Origin: a virus
Reading direction: 5' to 3' (one strand)
DNA: 49,111 bases
Virus genome (UHGV): UHGV-0204897
Translations under genes and position numbers: made by a program
The notes under the pieces: model-generated
Seen by the model: only the letters and a program-made list of their open reading frames with translations
Databases searched by the model: none
Told to the model about the DNA's origin: nothing
In this document: in pieces, positions 33,606 through 42,747 of the stretch
Layout: the number at the start of each line of letters is the position of its first letter
How positions within the stretch are numbered: position 1 is the first letter of the stretch

Positions 33606-34408
33606 TCACTATCACCAAAGAATTCACCAAAGAGCAGTTGCAGCAAATTATCGAAACTGACCACGTTCAATGCGGTGAGGCTTCTTCGCTGGCGCGTATC
33701 GCGCTGGCATCGCTCGAAGCGGAGCCTGTAACGGAATGGACCAACGAGCAGTGCCTGGAGTTCCTGTCGATCGCTTTCCGGCATGCGAAAATTAAAGGCG
33801 ACCTTGAGTTTGATGATATCCGCCTGGGTGTGAAGATGGTCAATTGTAGCCGCGCCGCCGTGCTTCAGGGTAAAGCCGAACTTGTTACCGCGCATCCAGA
33901 ACTAACTGTTTGGTACGGCTCAATGCCTGAAACGAACGGCAAAACAAACTGGACGGCAATGCTGCATCGTAAAGGCCATCACCCGTGGGAAGGCATCACA
34001 ATAGACCGCTCAGAGTATCCAGAGCGCGTGCGATATGAAGCTGACCGCATGCGCCATCTGATAGGTGAGCTGACTGATGAGCCGGATATTCTGGCTTATG
34101 ATGCCGACGCACACAGCGGGTATGCCGAACCTGTAAGCCAGCGTGATGAGTTGCCGTATGACCCGCAAATTGCCGCATACGAGAAAATCATGGAGCAGGC
34201 TATCCCGGATGGTTACGCACTGGTGCCGGTTGAGCCGACAGAAGACATGATTGTCGCGGGTTTTGAGTCCAGACCGGATGAGTCCTTCAGTAAATCGGAA
34301 GAATGGGAGGCCTACCAAAGAATGAGTGGGTGTGAACAGGCAGCGCACCGGTCTAAGTTGTGCTGGGCGGCCATGCTCAAAGCAGCACCGCAGCAGGAGG
34401 TGAAGTGA
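33602..34408 (+). CDS. Hypothetical protein (268 aa)
   Basis: ORF only. Confidence 0.45.
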   Translation: MITITKEFTKEQLQQIIETDHVQCGEASSLARIALASLEAEPVTEWTNEQCLEFLSIAFRHAKIKGDLEFDDIRLGVKMVNCSRAAVLQGKAELVTAHPELTVWYGSMPETNGKTNWTAMLHRKGHHPWEGITIDRSEYPERVRYEADRMRHLIGELTDEPDILAYDADAHSGYAEPVSQRDELPYDPQIAAYEKIMEQAIPDGYALVPVEPTEDMIVAGFESRPDESFSKSEEWEAYQRMSGCEQAAHRSKLCWAAMLKAAPQQEVK

Positions 34409-35070
34409 TGCCTTGGCACTCACCAGAAACTGACGCCATTCTCGAATCCATGCCGAGAAAACAGAAACGGCAGAAGTTGATCTACAACGTAGCCGAAAAC
34501 GACGCCGAGTTCTGCATAGGCGCAATCATGGACGGGAAAATAATTCGGCATGGAGCTTACGCAGCATGGATTAACATGCTTCAGCGCTGTTACGGCGAAT
34601 CATATCGTAGCGCACGTAAGCAATATCTTCAGGTATCACTCGACCCTGCCTGGCATAAGTTTTCTGCTTTCTACGCCTGGTGGAAGCCACGATATAGGAC
34701 CGGATGGCATCTCGATAAGGATCTCCTTATCCCAGGCAATCAGGTTTATGGGCCATCAACATGCGTCTATATCCCTAAAGAGCTGAATAACTTTACCGTT
34801 GGGCGAGACTGTAAACGAGGTGATTTGCCTATAGGGGTAAGCTGGGATAAGCAGCATGGTAAATACATGTCCAGAGCCAATGACAGCAAGGGGAAATATT
34901 TATTCCTCGGTCTTTACGATGATCCGATGGAAGCGCATGAAGCATGGTTCTTTAAGAAGCTTGAGATAGCTCTGGAGTATAAAGGGCTATGCGACAGTAT
35001 ACACCCCGATCTTTACCGAGGCGTTCAGAGAAAGTTGCTGTTTATTCACCGGGAACAGTTGGCAGCATAA
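34406..35070 (+). CDS. AP2-domain protein (homing-endonuclease-associated DNA-binding protein)
   Basis: C-terminal stretch LPIGVSWDKQHGKYMSRANDSKGKYLFLGLYDDPMEAHEAW resembles an AP2 domain. The N-terminal AYAAWINMLQRCYGESY motif is typical of endonuclease-associated proteins. Confidence 0.5.
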
Positions 35071-35263
35071 GCAGTGATTCTTGATAATCATTTTTCAAAA
35101 GTGATGTTATAATTAAGTCGCAGTCGGCCTGAACACCCGATTGTGACTTCTGCGCATTTAAGGGGACTTAAATGCGACCACAATCTGAACTCCTCAGCTT
35201 GTCACAGATGCAGAAATGCACCTGCGATTTTCTGCGTTCTGCGTTACCTGTCGGAGGTGGCGC

Positions 35264-35713
35264 ATGAAACAGCACTACTGCATCGTTAACGACACCGTTA
35301 AAGAGAACCTCATTGCGTACATTCGCACCCTGCCGGTAAACCCTCGCGCGCCGATGGTGGTCGAGGCCCGGGAAGAGACGCGAACCGATAAGCAAAACCG
35401 TCTTATGTGGCCGCTGCTGAAGGACCTGTCTGACCAGGTTGTCTGGCACGGCGAAAAGCTGACCCGCGAGGAATGGAAGGACCTCATCACCGTTCTGGTG
35501 AATCAGACTCAGGACCAGGAGCAGAAATCCGCGCCGGGCATCAACGGCGGCCGCGTTTATTTCGGCGTCCGCACATCCAAATCCAGCAAGCGCTACATGG
35601 TCGACGTCATTGAGGCGATTTACTGGTTCGGCACCGACCGCGGCGTGAAGTTCTCCGAAGCATCCAGTAAGCGCATCGCCTGGGCGCAAGAGTGGAGGGC
35701 TTCCCGTGGCTAG
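35264..35713 (+). CDS. ninB: NinB (Orf-family recombination mediator)
   Basis: MKQHYCIVNDTVKENLIAYIRTLPVNPRAPMVVEAREETRTDKQNRLMWPLL matches lambda NinB. Confidence 0.8.
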   Translation: MKQHYCIVNDTVKENLIAYIRTLPVNPRAPMVVEAREETRTDKQNRLMWPLLKDLSDQVVWHGEKLTREEWKDLITVLVNQTQDQEQKSAPGINGGRVYFGVRTSKSSKRYMVDVIEAIYWFGTDRGVKFSEASSKRIAWAQEWRASRG

Positions 35714-35876
35714 TCCTCTCGCACGCGTCATCACAAATCACATCTACAACGTTCCGGCGCGCCGCCAGCGTAAGCCCGCGGTTAAGCCGTCCGAAATCCC
35801 GACACTGAAGGGCTACACCGCCCGCCTGGTGGATCAGAAATGGCTGCGTCTCGCGGCGAGGAGGAACCATGCGTAA
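35706..35876 (+). CDS. ninE: NinE-like protein (56 aa)
   Basis: GTG start overlaps the ninB stop. C-terminus ...LKGYTARLVDQKWLRLAARR resembles lambda NinE ...NYTAHLWDIRWLRRRARK. Confidence 0.45.
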   Translation: MASPLARVITNHIYNVPARRQRKPAVKPSEIPTLKGYTARLVDQKWLRLAARRNHA

Positions 35877-36480
35877 ACCATCCCGCCGTAAGTGCAAAGT
35901 ATGCGGTGAATACTTCGCGCCGAAATTCCACGCCATCCGGATCCGCTGGTGCAGCCCGGAGCACGGCGCAATCCTCGCGATGGAAGAGCGCGAAAAGGAG
36001 AAGGTGAAAGCCGCGGCGAAGCGCATTAAGGAGCAGAAAGAGGCCGAGAAGGCAGGACGCCAACGGCGCGCTGCACGTCGCAATGAGCTGAAGCCGATCC
36101 GTCACTGGGTGCAGATGACTCAGCGCGCCTTCAACGACTGGCGGCGCGAAATGCTGCTGGCCGCCGGGCACGGCTGTATCTCCTGCGGAACCAAGACCGC
36201 TTTTGCCTGGCATGCCGGGCATTACCGCACCACGGCCGCCGCACCACAGCTTCGCTTTAACCCGGACAATATCTGGCTCCAGTGCTCCGCATGCAACGTT
36301 CACAAATCCGGGAACATCGAGGCGTACCGTGCCGCGCTGGTTGAGCTGATCGGCGAAGAGCGCGTGCTGGCTCTGGAATCCAACAACGAAACCCACCGAT
36401 ACACCCGTGAAGAACTGGACGGTATACGCGCCAAGGCCAGAGCAGATCTTCGCGCACTGAAGCAGCAGGAGGCAGCGTGA
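35869..36480 (+). CDS. ninG: NinG/Rap recombination protein
   Basis: MRKPSRRKCKVCGEYFAPK... with a Cys-rich HNH-like core (CISCGT...WHAGHY...CSACNVHKSGN). Confidence 0.8.
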   Translation: MRKPSRRKCKVCGEYFAPKFHAIRIRWCSPEHGAILAMEEREKEKVKAAAKRIKEQKEAEKAGRQRRAARRNELKPIRHWVQMTQRAFNDWRREMLLAAGHGCISCGTKTAFAWHAGHYRTTAAAPQLRFNPDNIWLQCSACNVHKSGNIEAYRAALVELIGEERVLALESNNETHRYTREELDGIRAKARADLRALKQQEAA

Positions 36481-36677
36481 AGACATTCACTCCAGTTGAA
36501 GCGAGAAGGTTCGTTGCCAGCACCTGGTACGAAACAACGCAGCTTTCGAAAAGAGAAAGGCTGTATGCGAAAGCCCGCGAGCTGATAAGCGGCGATCGAG
36601 CGGAAATTATCTGCCAGACAGATAACCCTGAATACAGAAAGTCCGCACGGGAGTGGTGGAATCATGACCAGAGCTGA
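36477..36677 (+). CDS. Hypothetical nin-region protein
   Basis: ORF coupled to ninG. Confidence 0.4.
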   Translation: MKTFTPVEARRFVASTWYETTQLSKRERLYAKARELISGDRAEIICQTDNPEYRKSAREWWNHDQS

Positions 36678-36776
36678 TTTCGAAAAGTACCAGGCCGAAA
36701 GCGTAAAGCGCGCCAGCATGCCGCCAGTAGCTAAGCACAGCCAGACCAAAACCAATCAGCCACATAAGGAAGCCGC

Positions 36777-37466
36777 ATGAACAGTCAGCAACTGGAATAC
36801 GTACGTCAGCAGCTCATTGTGGCGACCGCAGATCTGAGCGGGGCGACGAAAGGGCAGTTGGTAGCTTTCGCCGAGAACGCACAGTTCACAGCGACGGCGC
36901 GCAGCCGGGGCCGAAAAAAGGTATTCGACAAGGATAAGCAGCGCATGGTCAATCCTGACGGCCCGCCGATGAGTGGCAGTCAGTCGCGCGCCAAGGGATC
37001 ATCTATTGCGCTGGTGGGCCCGGTTGAGTTCGTGACCGCATCATGGCGCCGCGCTGTCCTGTCGCTGGAAGACCACCAGAAAGCTTGGCTGCTGTGGAAC
37101 TACAGCGAGAATATCCGCATCGAATACCAGGTGGCGATCACCCAGTGGGCATGGGCTGAGTTCCGAGAGCAGCTCGGCGCGAAGAAGGTGGCCGGCAAGA
37201 CGCTGGAGCGTCTGAAGAAACTTATCTGGCTGGCGGCGCAGGACGTCAAAGCGGAGCTGGCGGGAAAGGATGTGTATCAGCACCAGGACCTGGCGGCTCT
37301 GTGCGGTGTTAAACCTGATAACTGGTGCCATAACTACGCCGACTACTGGCGGGCCATGTGCGCCATCTTTAAACGACTTGATGACGACTCTCTTCGTTGC
37401 ACTGTGAGAACACGATCACAACAAAAGGCGACTTTTTCGAAGCAGGGTATTGCAAAAGTCAATTAA
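36777..37466 (+). CDS. Q: Late-gene antiterminator Q (candidate)
   Basis: 229 aa in the Q position. A strong terminator lies about 60 nt downstream, as expected for tR'. Confidence 0.55.
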   Translation: MNSQQLEYVRQQLIVATADLSGATKGQLVAFAENAQFTATARSRGRKKVFDKDKQRMVNPDGPPMSGSQSRAKGSSIALVGPVEFVTASWRRAVLSLEDHQKAWLLWNYSENIRIEYQVAITQWAWAEFREQLGAKKVAGKTLERLKKLIWLAAQDVKAELAGKDVYQHQDLAALCGVKPDNWCHNYADYWRAMCAIFKRLDDDSLRCTVRTRSQQKATFSKQGIAKVN

Positions 37467-37521
37467 ATAGCATACATTTCATGTAAATCTGATATCGTCG
37501 CCATAGCTTTGATTGTCGACA

Positions 37522-37558
37522 AAGAATTAAGAGCCCGAGGTTAACGCCTTGGGCTTTT
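37522..37558 (+). terminator. tR'-like terminator downstream of Q
   Basis: AGCCCGAGG-ttaacg-CCTTGGGCT followed by TTTTTTATT. Confidence 0.7.
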
Positions 37559-37678
37559 TTATTCCCAAATTTCACAAGCGCACCGCAATGCGCATTCAAC
37601 TACGTCGAACCAAACCCTTTGAAATGAGCCTTTGAGGAAGTCAGTTAGTGCTGGCGAGCCTCGACGGGCTGATTTCCT

Positions 37679-38221
37679 ATGCGGCAAAGGTTCATCTCAA
37701 AGAAGGCAAACGCCATGTTAAAAGATCCTTCCAAGGAAGAGATTGAAAAATACTTCTTTTGCGACCCAGATGTCGGGAGCATTGTCAGGATAGCCAACTC
37801 AAGTACAGCAAAGGCTGGGGAAAACCCAATTTATGTTAACAATTGTGGTTACCACATGGTCAGCGCGCTGGGTCAGTGTATTGGTCTCCACCGAATAGTT
37901 TGGATGGTAGCGAAAGGCTGTATTCCAGAAGGTATGGAAATCGACCATATCAATGGCGACAAGAGCGACAACAGAATTAGTAACCTGCGCCTTTGCACGC
38001 CGACACAGAACAGGCAAAACAAGACCAAATATAAAAACAACAAATCTGGCTTTAAAGGGGTTTACTACGAAACAGCTCAACGGGTTAAGAAACCATGGAG
38101 AGCAAGGATTGTTGTTAATAAAAAGGCGATCAGCTTGGGTAACTTTATGACCAAGCATGAGGCCCATCAGGCCTATCAAGATGCAGCAAAAAAATATTTT
38201 GGCGAATTCAACAGGCCCTAA
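37679..38221 (+). CDS. HNH endonuclease with a C-terminal AP2 domain
   Basis: HRIVW...IDHINGDKSDNRISNLRL is an HNH_3 motif. GFKGVYYETAQRVKKPWRARIVVNKKAISLGNF...EAHQAYQDAAKKYFGEF is an AP2 domain. Confidence 0.75.
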   Translation: MRQRFISKKANAMLKDPSKEEIEKYFFCDPDVGSIVRIANSSTAKAGENPIYVNNCGYHMVSALGQCIGLHRIVWMVAKGCIPEGMEIDHINGDKSDNRISNLRLCTPTQNRQNKTKYKNNKSGFKGVYYETAQRVKKPWRARIVVNKKAISLGNFMTKHEAHQAYQDAAKKYFGEFNRP

Positions 38222-38321
38222 CTTTCAGGTCCCGGGAACCATCATCGACACGCCTACTTGTTAAATCGTCCCGAGGGTCTGATCCCTTACTACAAACAGC
38301 ACCCCGTTTTTCGGAGGTGAT

Positions 38322-38639
38322 ATGGCTAAACGTATGCAAGATAAAGAAAGCATTGCCGGAGTGTCATGGCTGATTGTCCTTGCTCTGTCATGCTGGGGCG
38401 GTCTGGTCCGATACCTTATTGACGTTAAGCAGAACAAAGCCACCTGGAGTTGGATCAACGCGCTGGCGCAAATTGCAGTGTCCGGCTTTACCGGTCTTAT
38501 TGGCGGCCTAATTAGCGTTGAAAGCGGGCTGAGCCTTTACATGATTCTGGTTACGTCAGGTATTAGCGGAGCAATGGGCTCCGTGGCACTGACGTATTTC
38601 TGGGAACGCCTGACGGGAATGAAGAATGCAAACCAGTGA
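38322..38639 (+). CDS. Holin
   Basis: 105 aa with three predicted TM segments, immediately upstream of the lysozyme gene. Confidence 0.7.
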   Translation: MAKRMQDKESIAGVSWLIVLALSCWGGLVRYLIDVKQNKATWSWINALAQIAVSGFTGLIGGLISVESGLSLYMILVTSGISGAMGSVALTYFWERLTGMKNANQ

Positions 38640-39066
38640 TAAAGGCATTGCCCTGATCAAAGAGTTCGAAGGCTGCAAGCTTACCGCGTACCAGGACAGC
38701 GTTGGCGTCTGGACGATCGGTTATGGCTGGACTCAGCCTGTCGACGGGAAACCAATTCGCGCCGGGATGACGATTAAGCAGGAAACGGCAGAGCGTCTGC
38801 TGAAGACCGGGCTGATCAGTTATGAAAGCGATGTGTCTCGCCTGGTTAAAGTCGGCCTGACTCAGGGGCAATTCGACGCCCTGGTGTCGTTCACGTACAA
38901 CCTCGGCGCCAGGTCGCTGTCGACATCGACTCTTCTGCGCAAACTCAACGCCGGTGATTACGCTGGTGCTGCCAATGAGTTCCTGCGCTGGAATAAAGCT
39001 GGTGGCAAAGTCCTGAACGGACTCACCCGTCGCCGGGAGGCAGAGCGCGCTCTGTTCCTGTCGTGA
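38626..39066 (+). CDS. Endolysin (GH24 T4-type lysozyme)
   Basis: [24 protein letters not shown] catalytic Glu/Asp/Thr triad. Confidence 0.85.
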   Translation: MQTSDKGIALIKEFEGCKLTAYQDSVGVWTIGYGWTQPVDGKPIRAGMTIKQETAERLLKTGLISYESDVSRLVKVGLTQGQFDALVSFTYNLGARSLSTSTLLRKLNAGDYAGAANEFLRWNKAGGKVLNGLTRRREAERALFLS

Positions 39067-39536
39067 TTGGAGCTCTGGTCAGGCGTTACTGGTTCCAGGT
39101 GCTGGTGGCAGCGTTAATCGGCGTGCTGGCGTTCTTCGTTAACCACTACCGCGACAACGCCATCACCTACAAAGACCAGCGCGATAAAGCCACCAAGAAT
39201 CTCAGATTGGCGAACGCTACCATCAAAGACATGCAGACCCGCCAGCGTGATGTCGCTGCACTGGATGCCAAATACACGAAGGAATTGTCCGATGCGAAAA
39301 AAACCATTAACGATTTGCGTCGGGATGTCAATTCTGGCGCTAAACGGCTGCGCATCGCCGCAACCTGCCCTGGAGTGTCCAAAGCCACCTCCGCCACCGG
39401 CGTGGATGATGCAGGAGCCCCCGAACTTACTCCAGACGCTCGACGGAATTATTTCGATCACCGGGACGGAATCGAAACCGTTAACAAAATGATCCACGGC
39501 ATGCAGGACTACATCAAAGAGCAGTGCCTCAAATAA
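39063..39536 (+). CDS. Rz: i-spanin Rz
   Basis: N-terminal TM, coiled-coil body, and an embedded Rz1 gene. Confidence 0.8.
   Translation: MIGALVRRYWFQVLVAALIGVLAFFVNHYRDNAITYKDQRDKATKNLRLANATIKDMQTRQRDVAALDAKYTKELSDAKKTINDLRRDVNSGAKRLRIAATCPGVSKATSATGVDDAGAPELTPDARRNYFDHRDGIETVNKMIHGMQDYIKEQCLK
39292..39492 (+). CDS. Rz1: o-spanin Rz1 (embedded in Rz in the +1 frame)
   Basis: [20 protein letters not shown] lipobox followed by a proline-rich stretch ([12 protein letters not shown]). Confidence 0.65.
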   Translation: MRKKPLTICVGMSILALNGCASPQPALECPKPPPPPAWMMQEPPNLLQTLDGIISITGTESKPLTK

Positions 39537-39570
39537 ACAGGTGCTGAAAATCAACAAACAGGAGCAATAC

Positions 39571-39846
39571 ATGGCTAAGTTTTACCCGCGCATCTCCACT
39601 TTCCTTTCAGGGTGCTGGGCGTTTATCGCGTCCCTTTCGCTAAACAGCGACATCATCAGTCGCGCGGCGTTCTCACTGCGCCGGGTGGTGGATCGAGTCA
39701 TTTCCGCATTCGCTGTGAAAACCGCGCCTGAAAAGGCTGATTGGCGAATCGTAGAGCGAATGTGTAGCGAAAGTGTTCGAGAGAAGATTAACGTCTTTGG
39801 CCGACACCCTCGCAACACCGGCGCGCTGTGCAGTCCACTGCTGTAG
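39571..39846 (+). CDS. Hypothetical protein
   Basis: ORF downstream of Rz. Confidence 0.3.
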   Translation: MAKFYPRISTFLSGCWAFIASLSLNSDIISRAAFSLRRVVDRVISAFAVKTAPEKADWRIVERMCSESVREKINVFGRHPRNTGALCSPLL

Positions 39847-39993
39847 GCATTACAGAAGCTCTTCACTGAGGGGCTTCGATAATGATCTGTGTAACCCCGC
39901 AAGGATGGTGATCACATCTTGCTGACGGGTAAGCCGTAAGTGGCTAAGCACTTCTGAGAAGCAGGGCAACAGCTGCGACACGTGGAGAACAAA

Positions 39994-40197
39994 ATGGCTA
40001 CCGTCTACCGAATCACAATCACCAAAAAATCCAAAGAGACCTTCACCGGACTCATGACCCGCAGCCAGCCAGAAATCGTCAATGGTTTTGTCGCCCTGGC
40101 AATGGATGACGGCAAATGGCGCTACTTCAGCCAGGACAGCATTGATGATTTCCTGTTTGAGCCTGTAGAGCAGCCAGCAGAACAAACAACGGAGTAA
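39994..40197 (+). CDS. Hypothetical protein (67 aa)
   Basis: Start MATVYRITITKK with a weak RBS. Confidence 0.4.
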   Translation: MATVYRITITKKSKETFTGLMTRSQPEIVNGFVALAMDDGKWRYFSQDSIDDFLFEPVEQPAEQTTE

Positions 40198-40363
40198 CTA
40201 ATGAGCAAAACCGTAACATTCACATCAAAAGTATCTCTTCGTCCATGCATGAAGCCGATCCTGATGCTGTCAGCCTTACTTCGCTGGGACTGGTTGACTA
40301 ACAAGTGTTTCAAAATAGAAACCGTATCCAGCGAAACGGTGCAGCTATAAAACGGAGTAACCC

Positions 40364-41002
40364 ATGGCTAACGATGACGAGCGCAGGCCATATCCGCCAG
40401 TTAACTTCATCGCCTCCGACAACTGGCAACCATACACCAGGCTTATACCCGCTAACGAAGTGCATGAGTGGATAAGCCGCCAAATCCTCAGCGATACCGG
40501 CAGCATTCATAACCCTGACCACGGACACCTGTTAGAGGCCGATCTCTGCTTCATGTGGGCGTCCGATTCGTTCGCGAAGAAAGGGCGCTACGTCCTCGGC
40601 CAGGCCGAGCAGGTAATGCTCCGCGCCGGTGGTTGGCAGAAAGCCAGAATCGAACAGCAGATGCATGAATGGTTCGGGCGAATCCCGAAGTTCATCATCA
40701 CGCTGGCGGCTGATTACTGCTCACAATGCAGTGACCTAGAATTCTGCGCACTGGTAGAGCATGAGCTTTACCACATCGCACAGGCCACCGATGATTTCGG
40801 CGCGCCTAAGTTCAACAAAGAGACCGGGCGGCCAGTTCTCACACTGCGCGGCCACGACGTCGAAGAATTCACTGGTGTCGTACGTCGATACGGTGCCAGC
40901 AAAGAAGTACAGGAGCTCGTTGATGCGGCCAATGCGCCAGCAGAAGTGGCTCATATCGATATAGCCAGGTCATGCGGGACGTGCATGTTGAAGCTGGCGT
41001 AA
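40364..41002 (+). CDS. Putative phage metallopeptidase-like protein (HExxH)
   Basis: VEHELYHIAQ is an HExxH motif. 212 aa, upstream of the small terminase. Confidence 0.5.
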   Translation: MANDDERRPYPPVNFIASDNWQPYTRLIPANEVHEWISRQILSDTGSIHNPDHGHLLEADLCFMWASDSFAKKGRYVLGQAEQVMLRAGGWQKARIEQQMHEWFGRIPKFIITLAADYCSQCSDLEFCALVEHELYHIAQATDDFGAPKFNKETGRPVLTLRGHDVEEFTGVVRRYGASKEVQELVDAANAPAEVAHIDIARSCGTCMLKLA

Positions 41003-41033
41003 CGCTTTATTCAGATTGTCATGGAGGTAGCCT

Positions 41034-41489
41034 GTGGCAGCATTATCGGCAGAGGTTAAAGCCTTCATCGTTCAATCACTCGCCTGCTACGAGACCCCGG
41101 TAAAAGTCATTGAGCTTGTAAAGGCTGAATATGGCATTGATGTCTCACGACAGCAGGTGTCGCAATATACGCCAGGCAACGCAATGGCGGCCAAGTTGAG
41201 CCAGAAGTGGATTGACCTTTTCAACGCCACCCGTAAACGATTCCAGAATGAGATCGGTGACATTCCGATCGCAAATAAAGCGTACCGGTTGCGCGTACTC
41301 GACCGAATGGCGACCAACGCTGAAAAGATGAAGAACTACGGCATGACCTCGCAGCTTATCGAGCAGGCCGCCAAAGAAATGGGCGATGCCTACACAAATC
41401 GCCAGAAAGTCGAGCATACAAGCCCTGATGGCAGCATGACGCCGCAGCCGACAATCATCCAGCTACTACCCGTTGAGCCGAAAGCATGA
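41034..41489 (+). CDS. Terminase small subunit (candidate)
   Basis: 151 aa ORF immediately upstream of the large terminase and overlapping it by 4 nt. Confidence 0.55.
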   Translation: MAALSAEVKAFIVQSLACYETPVKVIELVKAEYGIDVSRQQVSQYTPGNAMAAKLSQKWIDLFNATRKRFQNEIGDIPIANKAYRLRVLDRMATNAEKMKNYGMTSQLIEQAAKEMGDAYTNRQKVEHTSPDGSMTPQPTIIQLLPVEPKA

Positions 41490-42733
41490 GTGAAGCCGTT
41501 CAACTGCCGATCCCCGCGAAGCTTGCGCCACTGTTCACCGCGGTGAATAAGCGTTACCGGTGCTCGCACGGTGGACGTGGTAGCGCCAAGACGCGCACAT
41601 TCGCACTGATGACAGCCGTAAAGGCGTATCAGTCGATGATGAACGGTGAAAGCGGCGTAGTGCTCTGCGCGCGTGAGTTCATGAACTCTCTGGAAGAGTC
41701 GAGCATGCAGGAAGTGAAACAGGCGATCTTGTCTGTTCCCTGGCTGGCCTCCAACTTTGATATCGGCGAGAAGTACATCCGCACCATCGACAAGAGCGTT
41801 AACTACGTGTTCTGCGGTCTGCGGCATAACCTCGACAGCATCAAGTCGAAAGCGCGCATCCTGCTGTGCTGGGTCGACGAGGCTGAATCAGTCAGCGAAA
41901 TAGCCTGGCAGAAGCTGAGCCCTACCGTTCGTGAAGAGGGATCAGAGATTTGGGTGACGTGGAACCCGGAGCGCGACGGCAGCGCCACGGATAAGCGTTT
42001 CCGCAAAGAGGCAGGCGACGACTGCATCACCGTTGAGATGAACTATACGGATAACCCCTGGTTCCCAGACGTGCTGGAAGGTGAGCGACAGAACGATCAG
42101 CGCCGACTTGACCCGGCAACATACGCATGGGTGTGGGAGGGTGCTTACCTCGAAAACTCTGACAAGCAGGTGCTGGCCGGTAAATACCGGATCGCTGAGT
42201 TCTCGGAAAACCTCTGGAAAGAAGCTGAGCGCCTGTTCTTCGGTGCTGACTTCGGATTCGCCAAAGACCCTAACACCTTGGTGCGCTCGTTCATCCTGCA
42301 CAACCGGCTGTACATCGAATACGAGGCATACGGTCAGCAGACAGAGCTAGACCACATGCCAGAGCTGTACGACACGATTCCAGGCGCGCGTGACTGGCCC
42401 ATCAAGGCCGACTCCGCTCGACCCGAGACTATCAGTTATCTCAAGCGGCAGGGCTTCAATATCTCAGCTGCTGAGAAGTGGCAGGGTAGCGTTGAGGATG
42501 GGATAGCACACCTTCGCGGTTTCGACGAAATCATTATTCACCCGCGCTGCAAGAACGTGGCGCGTGAGGCCCGCATGTGGTCGTACAAAACTGACCGCAT
42601 CACCGGTGAGGTGTTGCCGAAACTGGCTGATGGTGATGAGCATACGTGGGACGCCATCCGCTATTCCCTTGATGGACATATCAAACGTAAACAGCAGGGT
42701 GTCGGTATGATGATTCCGAAACGCCTTCGATAA
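41486..42733 (+). CDS. Terminase large subunit
   Basis: Walker A CSHGGRGSAKT, an ATPase domain, and a C-terminal nuclease domain. Confidence 0.9.
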   Translation: MSEAVQLPIPAKLAPLFTAVNKRYRCSHGGRGSAKTRTFALMTAVKAYQSMMNGESGVVLCAREFMNSLEESSMQEVKQAILSVPWLASNFDIGEKYIRTIDKSVNYVFCGLRHNLDSIKSKARILLCWVDEAESVSEIAWQKLSPTVREEGSEIWVTWNPERDGSATDKRFRKEAGDDCITVEMNYTDNPWFPDVLEGERQNDQRRLDPATYAWVWEGAYLENSDKQVLAGKYRIAEFSENLWKEAERLFFGADFGFAKDPNTLVRSFILHNRLYIEYEAYGQQTELDHMPELYDTIPGARDWPIKADSARPETISYLKRQGFNISAAEKWQGSVEDGIAHLRGFDEIIIHPRCKNVAREARMWSYKTDRITGEVLPKLADGDEHTWDAIRYSLDGHIKRKQQGVGMMIPKRLR

Positions 42734-42747
42734 TCAACGGACACGAC

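Noticed and set aside
35168-36755. Large minus-strand ORFs (188, 158, 234 and 151 aa) across the nin region
   Set aside because: They run antisense to the ninB, ninE and ninG homologues, which have clear family matches. Their Arg/Ala-rich translations are shadow ORFs of a high-GC region.
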